55,731 bases of DNA from Shimia sp. (GTDB lineage: Bacteria > Pseudomonadota > Alphaproteobacteria > Rhodobacterales > Rhodobacteraceae), in NCBI RefSeq assembly GCF_041624275.1, contig NZ_JBFJVE010000001.1, positions 1 through 55,731 of the forward strand, read 5' to 3'. The first letter of the stretch is position 1; each line of letters begins with the position of its first letter. Position numbers and translations under genes: made by a program. A model generated the notes under the pieces. The model was given only the letters and a program-made list of their open reading frames with translations, had not been told where the DNA came from and ran no database searches. This document shows positions 43,502 to 52,456 of the stretch, in pieces.

Positions 43502-45595
43502 TCAGCGTTCGGTCAGCTTGATCTCGATACGCCGGTTGCGGGCCCGGGCCTCGGCGGTATCGGCCGGATCCAGAGGCTGGAACTCGCCGAAACCGTTGGC
43601 CGACAGGCGCCCCGGCGGAATGTCGAGAACCTCGGACATATAGCGCACGACCGACAGCGCCCGCCCCTGGCTCAGCTCCCAGTTGTCGGCGTATTTGCCG
43701 GCGCTGAAAAACGCCTGATCGTCGGTGTGACCGTCGACCCGGATGATCCAGTCGATGCCGGGCGGAATATCCTTGGCCACCCGCTGCAATATCGCCGCGA
43801 CCTTGGCGATCTCGCCCTCGCCCTCGGGCGACAGGGTGGCGCTGCCGATGTCGAACAGCACCTCGGAGGAGAAGACAAAGCGGTCGCCGACGATGCGCAC
43901 CCCTTCCTGATCGGCAAGCACGTCGCGCAGACGCCCGAAGAATTCGGAGCGGAATTTCTCGAGATCCTTGGCCTCGGCCTTTAGGCGCAGCCTTTCGGCC
44001 TCGAGCCGCTTGCGTTCGGCCTCTTCCAGCTCGCGCCGCCGGCGTTCCTCGGCCGCGGCGCGCGCCAGCGCCGTGTTGAGATCGCTGCCAAGGGTCTGCA
44101 ACCGCACCTGGGCCGCCGCGTCCCGTGCCTTGGAATCGTCAAGCAGCGCCTGCAGGCTCGACAGCTGGCTGCGCAGTGCCGCGACCTGCTGATTCAGCAG
44201 TGCAACCTCGCGCTGGCTTTCGGCGAAACGCGCCTCTTCTTCGGCCAGTGCCCGATTGGCGGTGGCCAAGAGAGCCTCGCGTTCTTCGGCGGCGGTCATG
44301 CTTTCGTCCCGCCCCTGCTCGGCCGCCAGCTTGGCGGCCAGCGCCGCCGCAAGCTGTCTGCGCACCGCCTCGGCGTCACCGGCTTCGGTCTCGGCCGCCA
44401 GCCGCGCCGCGATCGCCGCGGCAAGCTGCGCGCGGGTGGCCTCGAGATCGGCCGAAAGGGTGCTTTCCCGCTTTTGCTGCGTGCCCTGCTCGGCCCGGGC
44501 CGCGTCCAGCGCCGCCTGCAAGGCCACCAGCTCCGCCAGCTTGCGCGCCAGTTCGTCGCGGGCTGCCGTCAGTTCATCTTCTTTCGCCTCCAGCCGCCCC
44601 AGAGCTGTCTCCAGCGCAGCCTCGCTCGCCTGCGCCTCGGCGTTTCGCTGCTGCGCGGCCTGCCGCTGGGTCTCGAGCGCCAGAAGGGTCTCGGCCAGAT
44701 CCAGCTCGACCGCCTCTCCGGCCAGCAGCGCCGCCGCCAGTTTCTCGGTCAGATCATCCCGCGCCGCCTCGGCAGCCGCCAGCATGGTCAACGTCTCTTC
44801 GGCCCGCCGCCGCTGTTCTTCGAGCGCCAGTGTCATCGCCGTCAGCTCGGTATCGGCGTCCTGCAATTTCTTTCGCAGGGCTTCGGCGGCGGCGGCTTCG
44901 GCCAGCCGCGCCACCTCTTCGTCGCTGAGCGCGGTCTCGAGTTCGCTCACCCGCGCGGTCAGAATCGCATTGGCGGCCTGACGCTCTGCGTTCTGACGGT
45001 TGAGGTCGGCGATCAGCGCCTCGAGCGCCTCGCGCCGCGCCGCCGCCAGCCGCGCCGCCTCGGTCTGGGCATCGATCTCGTTCCGGGCCGTGGCCAGCGC
45101 CAGGTTCAGCGCCTGCTGCTCGCTCAGCAGCTGATCGCGCACGTCTTCAAGCTCGGCGATCGTGCCCAATGCGGTGCTGCGCTCTGCCAGCAGGGCCGCG
45201 ACCTGGGCCTCGAAACTGCTGATCCGGGTCCGGGCCTCGGCCAGGTCCCCCTCGCGCGCGGCGAGGCTGGCATTGAGGCTGGCGATCAGGCTTGCCTGAC
45301 GCTCGGCATCGGCGCGTTCGTCGGCCAGGGTGGCCCGCAGGGCGCCCGTTTGGCTGGTCAGCTCGGCGCTGCGCTCGCGTTCGAGCCCCAGCGCCTGAGC
45401 CAGCGCCGCGACCTCGGCCGACAGGGCATCGAGTTCGCTTTCCTGGCCGGATATGGTCTCGCGCAGAACGAACTGCACCACCATGAAGATGGTCAGCACG
45501 AACATCAGCACCAGCAGCAGACCGGTCATCGCATCGACGAAACCCGGCCAGATGGAAGCCTGAAACCGCTGTCCTGTACGCCGCGACAGGGCCAT
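43502..45595 (-). CDS. MotB/ZorB-like membrane protein with long coiled coil and C-terminal OmpA-like peptidoglycan-binding domain
   Basis: N-terminal WPGFVDAMTGLL TM helix (Asp21); about 500 proline-free helical residues; VLFD.GSA.L, VDGHTD, NWELS..RA, G.GE..P, NRRIEI. Confidence 0.88.
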   Translation of the reverse strand: MALSRRTGQRFQASIWPGFVDAMTGLLLVLMFVLTIFMVVQFVLRETISGQESELDALSAEVAALAQALGLERERSAELTSQTGALRATLADERADAERQASLIASLNASLAAREGDLAEARTRISSFEAQVAALLAERSTALGTIAELEDVRDQLLSEQQALNLALATARNEIDAQTEAARLAAARREALEALIADLNRQNAERQAANAILTARVSELETALSDEEVARLAEAAAAEALRKKLQDADTELTAMTLALEEQRRRAEETLTMLAAAEAARDDLTEKLAAALLAGEAVELDLAETLLALETQRQAAQQRNAEAQASEAALETALGRLEAKEDELTAARDELARKLAELVALQAALDAARAEQGTQQKRESTLSADLEATRAQLAAAIAARLAAETEAGDAEAVRRQLAAALAAKLAAEQGRDESMTAAEEREALLATANRALAEEEARFAESQREVALLNQQVAALRSQLSSLQALLDDSKARDAAAQVRLQTLGSDLNTALARAAAEERRRRELEEAERKRLEAERLRLKAEAKDLEKFRSEFFGRLRDVLADQEGVRIVGDRFVFSSEVLFDIGSATLSPEGEGEIAKVAAILQRVAKDIPPGIDWIIRVDGHTDDQAFFSAGKYADNWELSQGRALSVVRYMSEVLDIPPGRLSANGFGEFQPLDPADTAEARARNRRIEIKLTER

Positions 45596-45598
45596 GAA

Positions 45599-46837
45599 TC
45601 AGCCCCCCTCGCCGCCCGCGTCGGGATTGCGCGGATGCGCCACCACCCGCGCGACCGGCTCTTTGACCTGGCGCGTGCCACGGGTCGCCTGTCGCAGCAG
45701 CTTGGTCACCGCCGCGATGTCGGTGCGCAGCTCGGCCATGCTTTCCTGACGGCCTGCGGAAATCTCTTCGAGAATGCGCAGCATCTGGACGTCGATCGAG
45801 CGCAGCCGCATGCGGCTTTCGGCGTCGATGCCGCCGTCGTTCTCACCCTGCACCTCGAGCGTGTGGATCAGGCGTTCCTGACCTTCGGCGACCCGCAACA
45901 GCGCCTGCGTCGTCGGCGCCTGGGTCTCCATCCGGTCGGCCATGCGGTCAATCGCGCTGGCCAGGTTGCCCAGTTTCTCGTCGACCATCGAGCGGCTGAT
46001 GTCGGTCTGGGTGAACATCATCTGAAGCGCTTCCATCTGCTGGCCCATGTGGTCCAGAAGATTGGCGATGGCGGTCTGTTCGAGGCTGCCATCGCCGTCG
46101 CCGCTGGAAAAGCTGACCCGCGTGATCGTGCTCAGCCATTCCTCGAGTTCGCGGTAAAATCGGTTCTGGCCATGACCGGCGAACAGTTCCAGCAGCCCGA
46201 CGATCAGCGAGCCGGCGAGCCCCAGCAGCGACGAGGCAAAGGCGATGCCCATGCCGCCAAGCTGCGCCTCGAGGCCGGTCATCAGCCGCGAGAACACCTC
46301 GACCCCGCCCTCGCCTTCCTGCGGGGCGAGGCTGCGGATGGTGTCGACCACGGCCGGCACGGTGGTGGCCAGACCGTAGAACGTGCCGAGAAGGCCGAGA
46401 AAGATCAGCAGGTTGACGATATAGCGCGTGATCTCGCGCCCTTCGTCGATACGGGTGGCGACCGAATCCAGGATCGACCGGGTCGAGGCGGTGCCGATCT
46501 GGCTGCGCGCGCCGCGCGCGCCCAAAAGGGCCGCCAGCGGCGCCAGCAGCGACGGCGCGCTGGCGACATCGCCGCCTTCGCGTTCGGCGGTGAAGTTCTC
46601 GATCCAGCGGACGCTGGAAATCAGCGACAGCACCTGCCCGAAACAGGCCATGACACCGATCAGGAAGACGAAGGCGATGAACCCGTTGAGATAGGGGTTG
46701 GCCTCGAACACGGGCAAGACGTTGGGCAGGGCGACATAGACCAGCAGCCCGGTCAGGCCCAACGCCACCAGCATCATGATGATCTGGCGGAAAGGATGAG
46801 AGAAATGCGGCTCGACTTCGCGGTCCGGCTGCTCCAT
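45599..46837 (-). CDS. MotA/TolQ/ExbB-family proton-channel protein with C-terminal helical tail
   Basis: LGLLGTFYGL and GMGIAFASSLLGL channel helices; 3 bp upstream of the MotB-like gene. Confidence 0.85.
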   Translation of the reverse strand: MEQPDREVEPHFSHPFRQIIMMLVALGLTGLLVYVALPNVLPVFEANPYLNGFIAFVFLIGVMACFGQVLSLISSVRWIENFTAEREGGDVASAPSLLAPLAALLGARGARSQIGTASTRSILDSVATRIDEGREITRYIVNLLIFLGLLGTFYGLATTVPAVVDTIRSLAPQEGEGGVEVFSRLMTGLEAQLGGMGIAFASSLLGLAGSLIVGLLELFAGHGQNRFYRELEEWLSTITRVSFSSGDGDGSLEQTAIANLLDHMGQQMEALQMMFTQTDISRSMVDEKLGNLASAIDRMADRMETQAPTTQALLRVAEGQERLIHTLEVQGENDGGIDAESRMRLRSIDVQMLRILEEISAGRQESMAELRTDIAAVTKLLRQATRGTRQVKEPVARVVAHPRNPDAGGEGG

Positions 46838-46975
46838 CTGGACAGCTCCTGACACATTGTTTTTTCTGTCGTCACCCTACTCAGTCGGGTGCCACCTGCC
46901 AAGGTTTTATGACGACCGCGGCCGTTTTCACCGCTTTGGGCCAACCATAGCCCGGCGCAGGCCTTGAAAACCCGC

Positions 46976-47506
46976 TCAGCCGGCGGTCAGCCCCCGGACC
47001 CGCGCCGACAGCCAGTCGAGATCCGCATCCTCGATGCCCAATTCGCCGAGATGGGCAGCGGTGTTGTGCAGATACTCGGTATTGGGCCCGCGCCCGCCGA
47101 CGGCGGTGGCGATGATCCGGGCCTGTTCCTCAAGCTCGAGATGGCAATACTGCACGTGATGCGGGTCGATGACATAGGTCAGCGCCTCGACCCGGCGCCC
47201 GTCCGCCAGTTCGACGTGCAGCCGCCTTTCCAGATAGGCCGAGGAGATCAGCTCGCGCTCGCGCAGGTCGGCAAGGGTCTGTTCTTCGTGCCCTTCCTCG
47301 ACCAGCAGCGCCAGCCCCTGGCAATGGGCGCCCTCTTCGGCGTCCAGCGCCAGCACCAGGCCCGGCCGTTCTTCGGTGCCGCGGTGATGGATCGAGCGCA
47401 TGCAGAAACTGCGGTGCCAGCCCGGCAGGGTCGCCACCGCCTTTTCGCGATAGGCAAAGCCCGGGTTCCACAAAAGCGAACCATATCCGAATACCCACAT
47501 CGTCAA
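46976..47506 (-). CDS. chaC: Glutathione-specific gamma-glutamylcyclotransferase (ChaC family)
   Basis: WVFGYGSLLW, HRGT...PGLVL.L, L..RE, G..GPN.EYL. Confidence 0.9.
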   Translation of the reverse strand: MTMWVFGYGSLLWNPGFAYREKAVATLPGWHRSFCMRSIHHRGTEERPGLVLALDAEEGAHCQGLALLVEEGHEEQTLADLRERELISSAYLERRLHVELADGRRVEALTYVIDPHHVQYCHLELEEQARIIATAVGGRGPNTEYLHNTAAHLGELGIEDADLDWLSARVRGLTAG

Positions 47507-47571
47507 CTCTCTGGCCCTCGTCCTTTTGCGCGGTTAAACACCAATCGCGCCACCGGGAAAAGGGCCTGAAG

Positions 47572-48567
47572 ATGAAACGTCTGCTAAGTGTGATCCTGAT
47601 CGCCGCGCTGGGATGGTCCGGCTATTGGTTCGTCGGTGCCAAGGCGGCAAGGAACGGTTTTGAGCAGTGGTTCGACGCCCGCCAGTCCGAAGGCTGGCTG
47701 GCCGAGCAATCGGAGATTTCGGTGGCCGGTTTTCCCAACCGTTTCGACACCACCTTCGACGACATCGCACTTGCCGATCCCGAGACCGGCGTGGCCTGGT
47801 CGGCGCCCTTCTTCCAGCTGCTTTCGCTCAGCTACCGGCCCAACCACCTGATCGCGATCTGGCCCGACCGGCAGCAACTGGCCTTTCCCGATCAGAAGAT
47901 CGCCATCTCGAGCGAGGACATGAAGGCCTCGGTGGTGCTGGGCGCCGATCCTTCGCTGCCGCTCGAGCGCAGCAATCTCGCCGTGGCGGCGCTTGGCCTG
48001 CGCTCGGATGCCGGCTGGGCGGTGGCGGCGGACAGCCTGCAACTGGCGCTGCACCGGGCCCCCGAGACCGCCCACAGCTATCGGTTCGCGCTGAGCGCGG
48101 TCGGCTTTGCGCCGTCGACCGCGACGCCGCTGTCAAACGGCCATCCGCTGCCGCACCGTTTCAAGACCATCGAGGCCGATCTGGTCGCCGGGTTCGACCG
48201 CGCCTGGGACCGGCGGGCGCTGGAAGAGGCGCGCCCGCAGCCCGAATGGATCGAGATCAGAAAGGCCGAGATCGTCTGGGGCGATCTCGAACTGCATGCG
48301 GCGGGCCGGGTCACGGTGTCGCCCGCAGGCTACCCGGTCGGAGAGATCACCCTGCGGGCCACCAACTGGCGCGAGATCGTCGCCATCGCGCGGGGCTCGG
48401 GCCAGATCCCGCCCGGGGTGCTCGACGCCATCGTCGGCGGGCTGGAACTGCTGTCGGGTCTGGCCGGCAATCCGCAACGGCTGGATATTCCCTTGAACTT
48501 CAGGAACGGCGCCACCCGGATCGGCCCGGTCGCCATCGCCCCGGCACCGCGCCTGGTGCTGCGCTGA
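47572..48567 (+). CDS. DUF2125 domain membrane-anchored protein
   Basis: N-terminal TM with WSGYWF, GFPNRFD, Y.PNH.I, WG.L.L...G, C-terminal IGPV....AP. Confidence 0.8.
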   Translation: MKRLLSVILIAALGWSGYWFVGAKAARNGFEQWFDARQSEGWLAEQSEISVAGFPNRFDTTFDDIALADPETGVAWSAPFFQLLSLSYRPNHLIAIWPDRQQLAFPDQKIAISSEDMKASVVLGADPSLPLERSNLAVAALGLRSDAGWAVAADSLQLALHRAPETAHSYRFALSAVGFAPSTATPLSNGHPLPHRFKTIEADLVAGFDRAWDRRALEEARPQPEWIEIRKAEIVWGDLELHAAGRVTVSPAGYPVGEITLRATNWREIVAIARGSGQIPPGVLDAIVGGLELLSGLAGNPQRLDIPLNFRNGATRIGPVAIAPAPRLVLR

Positions 48568-49341
48568 CTAGCGACAATAGGCGCCGCCGCGATGGCGGGC
48601 GATATCAAAGTGGAAATGGTCCTTGTGGTAGCGATCGGACTCGGGGCCCAGCACCGTGCCGAAAGTGCCGCAGGCGCTTTTGTGCATGTTCTTCAGGATC
48701 CGCCCCTTGGTGCCCTGCCCCCAGTCGTCGCGCACGCTGATCGTGGCGCCACTCTTGAGACGGAAGGCGGAAATGTCGATCGCCCGGCCCTTGCCATGTT
48801 CCGAAACCCGCGCGCCGGGGCGCGAATTGCGGGTCCGGCAGGCATAGCCGGCGGCGACCTTAACTTCACCGACACCGTTGCCATAGCCGCCCACCGACGG
48901 GGCCATGCCGGTTTCGATCCAGGTTTTCAGGGCCCGCGCGGTGTCGCATTCCATCAGCGCCGGCCGGCTCAGGCGCACATCGCCCACCGCATGAAGCCGC
49001 ACCGCGCCCTGGCGAATGCCGCAACCGTCGCGCTGCGCCGGCACCGGGCCCACGTTCTGGCCGCGCAGGCTGCGGTCGCCGCAGATCGCGCCGATGGGGC
49101 CCGCCCTGTCCGACCGGGCTGGGGCCCGTGCAGCGTTGCTGCGGCGCGCGGCGGCCTGCTCGACCCTTTGCGGGCGGCGCATCGGCCGCAGCGAACGCGC
49201 CGGCGCGAAACTGGGCAATGCCACGGGAAAGACGTCTTCGCGCGCCACCGGGCGCAGCGATGCGGCCGGCGCATCGGCCAGCGCGGCGGGGCCGGCCAGC
49301 GCCAGAAGCAAGGCCGCCAACAGCCCCGCCCGGCGCCTCAC
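48568..49341 (-). CDS. Extensin-like C-terminal domain exported protein (putative Zn peptidase)
   Basis: GTG at 49341 overlaps the tyrA stop; signal peptide; Y.CR, SEH..G.AIDI, AC..F.TVLGP...YH.DHFHFD. Confidence 0.82.
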   Translation of the reverse strand: MRRRAGLLAALLLALAGPAALADAPAASLRPVAREDVFPVALPSFAPARSLRPMRRPQRVEQAAARRSNAARAPARSDRAGPIGAICGDRSLRGQNVGPVPAQRDGCGIRQGAVRLHAVGDVRLSRPALMECDTARALKTWIETGMAPSVGGYGNGVGEVKVAAGYACRTRNSRPGARVSEHGKGRAIDISAFRLKSGATISVRDDWGQGTKGRILKNMHKSACGTFGTVLGPESDRYHKDHFHFDIARHRGGAYCR

Positions 49342-50261
49342 GGTGCCTTGGCGCCGCGTCCGAAATCCGGCGCGTCGGTGTCCTGGCCGGCCTCGATGAT
49401 GCCGCGCCGGATGGCCCGGGTATGGGTGAAATAGTCGAACAGGTGATCGCCGTCGCCGGTGCGGATCGCCCGTTGCAGGGCGAAAAGCTCTTCGGTGAAC
49501 CGGCCGAGGATTTCCAGCGTCGCATCCTTGTTGTTGAGGAAGACGTCGCGCCACATGGTCGGATCCGAAGCCGCGATACGGGTGAAGTCGCGGAAACCGG
49601 CGGCCGAATACTTGATCACCTCGCTGTCGGTCACGCGGCGCAGGTCGTCGGCGACGCCGACCATCGTATAGGCGATCAGGTGCGGTGCGTGGCTGGTCAC
49701 CGCCAGCACCAGATCGTGGTGGTCGGCGTCCATTTCCTCGACATTGGCGCCCATCCCCTCCCACAGCCGGCGCAGGCGCAGCACTGCCTCGGGGTCGCTG
49801 CCCTCGGTCGGCACCAGCAGGCAGAAGCGGTTGTCGTACAATTCGGCAAAGCCGCTTTCGGGACCGGAATGCTCGGTCCCGGCCAGCGGGTGGCCGGGGA
49901 TGAATTCGACGTTCTCGGGCAGATGCGGTGCCACCGCCTCGATCACCGCGCGCTTGACCGATCCGACATCGGTGACCGTGGCGCCGGGTTTCAGAACCGG
50001 CGCGATGTCCTGCGCCACCTGCCCCATGGCGCCAACCGGCACGCAGAGCACCACCAGGTCGGCGTCTTGCACGGCCTCGACGACGCTGTCGCAGACCCGG
50101 TCGCAAAGGCCGATCCGGCGCGCGGTGTCGCGGGTTTGCGCGCTGCGCGCATAGCCGGTGACTTCCGCCGCCAGCCCGCCGCGTTTCATGGCCCAGAACA
50201 TCGAAGACGCGATCAGGCCGAGCCCGATCAGCGCCACGCGGTCATAGATCGGACGGCTCAT
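49338..50261 (-). CDS. tyrA: Prephenate/arogenate (cyclohexadienyl) dehydrogenase
   Basis: GLGLI, DVGSVK, HPLAGTE.SG, HD...[22 protein letters not shown]. Confidence 0.94.
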   Translation of the reverse strand: MSRPIYDRVALIGLGLIASSMFWAMKRGGLAAEVTGYARSAQTRDTARRIGLCDRVCDSVVEAVQDADLVVLCVPVGAMGQVAQDIAPVLKPGATVTDVGSVKRAVIEAVAPHLPENVEFIPGHPLAGTEHSGPESGFAELYDNRFCLLVPTEGSDPEAVLRLRRLWEGMGANVEEMDADHHDLVLAVTSHAPHLIAYTMVGVADDLRRVTDSEVIKYSAAGFRDFTRIAASDPTMWRDVFLNNKDATLEILGRFTEELFALQRAIRTGDGDHLFDYFTHTRAIRRGIIEAGQDTDAPDFGRGAKAP

Positions 50262-51343
50262 GTCGCGCCCCCCTTGAACTGGGCCACGGCATGGGCCACC
50301 CGGCGGCAGCTGGATTCATCGCCGATCGTGATGCGCAGGCAATGCGGCAGGCCATAGCCCGCCACCCGGCGCACGATCAGCCCCTGGCTTTTGAGATAGT
50401 CGTCACAGGCTTCGGCCTCGGCCCGGTTCGCGAAACGGGCAAGGATGAAGTTGGCGAAGGATGTATCCGAACGCACGCCGATCTCGGCCAGCGCCTCGGA
50501 GAGCCAGCTGCGCATGCGGGCATTGTCCTCGCGGCATTTGGCGATGAAGTCCTGATCGCGCATCGCCGCCTCGGCCACGCTCAGCTGCACCGTCGACAGG
50601 TTGAAGGGCTGGCGCAGGCGGTTCAGCACATCGATGATCTCCTGCGGGCCATAGCCCCAGCCGATGCGCAGGCCGCCAAGCCCGTAGATCTTGGAAAAGG
50701 TGCGCGTCATCACCACGTTGCTGCGGGTCTCGGTCAGCGCCGCGCCGCCGTCAAAGTCCTCGACGAACTCGGCATAGGCCCCGTCAAGCACCAGCAGCAC
50801 GCCCTCGGGCAGATTGTCGGCCAGCCGCGCGAGCTCGTCCGCGCCCAGCATGGTGCCGGTGGGGTTGCCGGGGTTGGCGATAAAGACGATCCGGGTCTTC
50901 TTGGTGCAGGCGGCGAGGATCGCGTCGACATCGACCACCCGCTCGGCCTCGGCCACCTTGACCGGCGTCGCCCCGGCGGCCCGCGCCAGGATCGGATACA
51001 TCGAGAACCCGTGCTCGGTATAGATCACCTCGTCGCGCGGACCGGCATAGCCCTGGGCGATGAATTGCAGGATCTCGTCCGAGCCGGCGCCGCAGATGAT
51101 CCGCGCCGGGTCCAGACCGTGCACCTCGCCGATCAGCGCCCGCAGCTCGGCATGATCGGTCGACGGGTAACGATGCAGATTGTGCCCGGACTTGGCATGC
51201 GCGGCCTTGGCGGCATCCGAACAGCCATAGGGGTTTTCGTTGGACGACAGCTTGACGACGTCCGACACCCCTTCCACCGTGGCCTTGCCGCCCACGTAGA
51301 GCTCGATGTCCATAATACCGGGTTGCGGTTTGATACCAGCCAT
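50258..51343 (-). CDS. hisC: Histidinol-phosphate aminotransferase
   Basis: [40 protein letters not shown]. Confidence 0.95.
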   Translation of the reverse strand: MAGIKPQPGIMDIELYVGGKATVEGVSDVVKLSSNENPYGCSDAAKAAHAKSGHNLHRYPSTDHAELRALIGEVHGLDPARIICGAGSDEILQFIAQGYAGPRDEVIYTEHGFSMYPILARAAGATPVKVAEAERVVDVDAILAACTKKTRIVFIANPGNPTGTMLGADELARLADNLPEGVLLVLDGAYAEFVEDFDGGAALTETRSNVVMTRTFSKIYGLGGLRIGWGYGPQEIIDVLNRLRQPFNLSTVQLSVAEAAMRDQDFIAKCREDNARMRSWLSEALAEIGVRSDTSFANFILARFANRAEAEACDDYLKSQGLIVRRVAGYGLPHCLRITIGDESSCRRVAHAVAQFKGGAT

Positions 51344-51512
51344 ACCTGAAAACTCCTGCTTCGAGACGGGTTCTATCCGTGGCGTCCGGGCTTGGAAAGC
51401 TCGGAAATGGCCTGATGTTCAACCTGCGCTTTTGCGGTCACGCACCGGGCGCCCACCGGGCACGGGCCGGGCCGCCAGCCCGGCACGCGGCGGACATGGC
51501 ATGGCGAAACGC

Positions 51513-51541
51513 AAAAAGCCGCCCGTTGGCGGGCGGCTTTT
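51513..51541 (-). terminator. Intrinsic terminator of rpsD
   Basis: AAAAGCCGCCCG-ttgg-CGGGCGGCTTTT, about 40 bp past the rpsD stop. Confidence 0.88.
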
Positions 51542-51583
51542 CCTGGCCATGCTGTCGACCGGCACCGAACCGGCCGGGCAGGC

Positions 51584-52204
51584 TTAGTTCTTGGCGTAGA
51601 ATTCGACCACGAGGTTCGGTTCCATGACCACCGGATAGGGCACGTCCGACAGGCCGGGGGTGCGCACGAAGGTGGCGGTCATTTTCGAGTGGTCGGCGTC
51701 GATATAGTCGGGCACGTCACGCTCGGGCAGTTGCACGGCTTCGAGCAGCACGGCCATCTGCTTGGACTTGTCGCGAACCTCGATCACGTCGCCTTCCTTG
51801 ACGCGGTAGGACGGGATGTTGACGCGCTTGCCGTTGACCTTCACGTGGCCGTGGTTGACGAACTGGCGGGCGGCAAAGACGGTCGGCACGAACTTGGCGC
51901 GGTAGACGACGGCGTCGAGGCGGCTTTCCAGCAGGCCGATCAGGTTTTCACCGGTGTCGCCCTTGACGCGCTCGGCTTCGCCGTAGATGCGGCGGAACTG
52001 TTTCTCGGTCAGGTCGCCGTAGTAGCCTTTCAGCTTCTGCTTGGCGCGCAGCTGCAGACCGAAGTCCGACAGTTTGCCCTTGCGGCGCTGACCGTGCTGG
52101 CCGGGGCCGTATTCACGACGGTTGACGGGGGATTTGGGGCGACCCCAGATGTTTTCGCCCATGCGGCGATCGATTTTGTACTTGGCAGCAGTGCGTTTGG
52201 TCAC
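51584..52204 (-). CDS. rpsD: 30S ribosomal protein S4
   Basis: [36 protein letters not shown]; GTG start with AAGGAG SD. Confidence 0.99.
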   Translation of the reverse strand: MTKRTAAKYKIDRRMGENIWGRPKSPVNRREYGPGQHGQRRKGKLSDFGLQLRAKQKLKGYYGDLTEKQFRRIYGEAERVKGDTGENLIGLLESRLDAVVYRAKFVPTVFAARQFVNHGHVKVNGKRVNIPSYRVKEGDVIEVRDKSKQMAVLLEAVQLPERDVPDYIDADHSKMTATFVRTPGLSDVPYPVVMEPNLVVEFYAKN

Positions 52205-52227
52205 GGCTGATCTCCTTCAGTTGTGGT

Positions 52228-52278
52228 GCTTCGCGGCTTGGTCCGAAAACCGGTTCCCACTTTCCGGGCCGCAATCGC
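52228..52278. repeat. Alphaproteobacterial palindromic intergenic repeat unit (Bru-RS/RIME/CIR-like) inside the rpsD leader
   Basis: Minus strand GCGGC-CCGGAA-AGTGGGAACCGG-TTTTCGG-accaa-GCCGC; the core AAGTGGGAACCGGTTTT is the hallmark I recognise from that dispersed repeat family. Confidence 0.6.
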
Positions 52279-52365
52279 AGGTTCGAAGGGCGTTGTCCTC
52301 TTGCCGGATTTGGCCGACATGACAGGCATCCCCTCGCGGGGGCCACCAACACCAATGAAGGGGCG

Positions 52366-52393
52366 CATATACAGGAGTCTGCGGGGGTGTCAA
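52366..52393 (-). promoter_or_regulatory. Sigma70-type promoter of rpsD
   Basis: Minus strand TTGACA-N16-TATATG followed by a GC-rich discriminator (CGCCCC). Confidence 0.7.
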
Positions 52394-52456
52394 GCGCTGG
52401 CGTGCCCCCCCGGCGCGGATAGGCGCGTGTGTGGGGGGGGCGCCATCGGGCGGCGC

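Noticed and set aside
43502-46837. Zorya anti-phage system or flagellar motAB
   Set aside because: No zorC/D/E or flagellar genes nearby and the context is core chromosome. The long helical extension is on the B subunit, whereas in Zorya it is on ZorA. Kept as an orphan motor instead.
44474-46852. 792-aa plus-strand ORF antisense to the MotA/MotB-like genes
   Set aside because: Arg/Gln/Leu-rich mirror of the coiled-coil codons; the minus-strand genes carry the conserved motifs.
52404-52444. C7/G8 homopolymer hairpin, and C-runs near 38311-38332, as phase-variation tracts
   Set aside because: Intergenic and downstream of stop codons, outside coding sequence and promoter spacers; better explained as GC-rich terminator-like stems.
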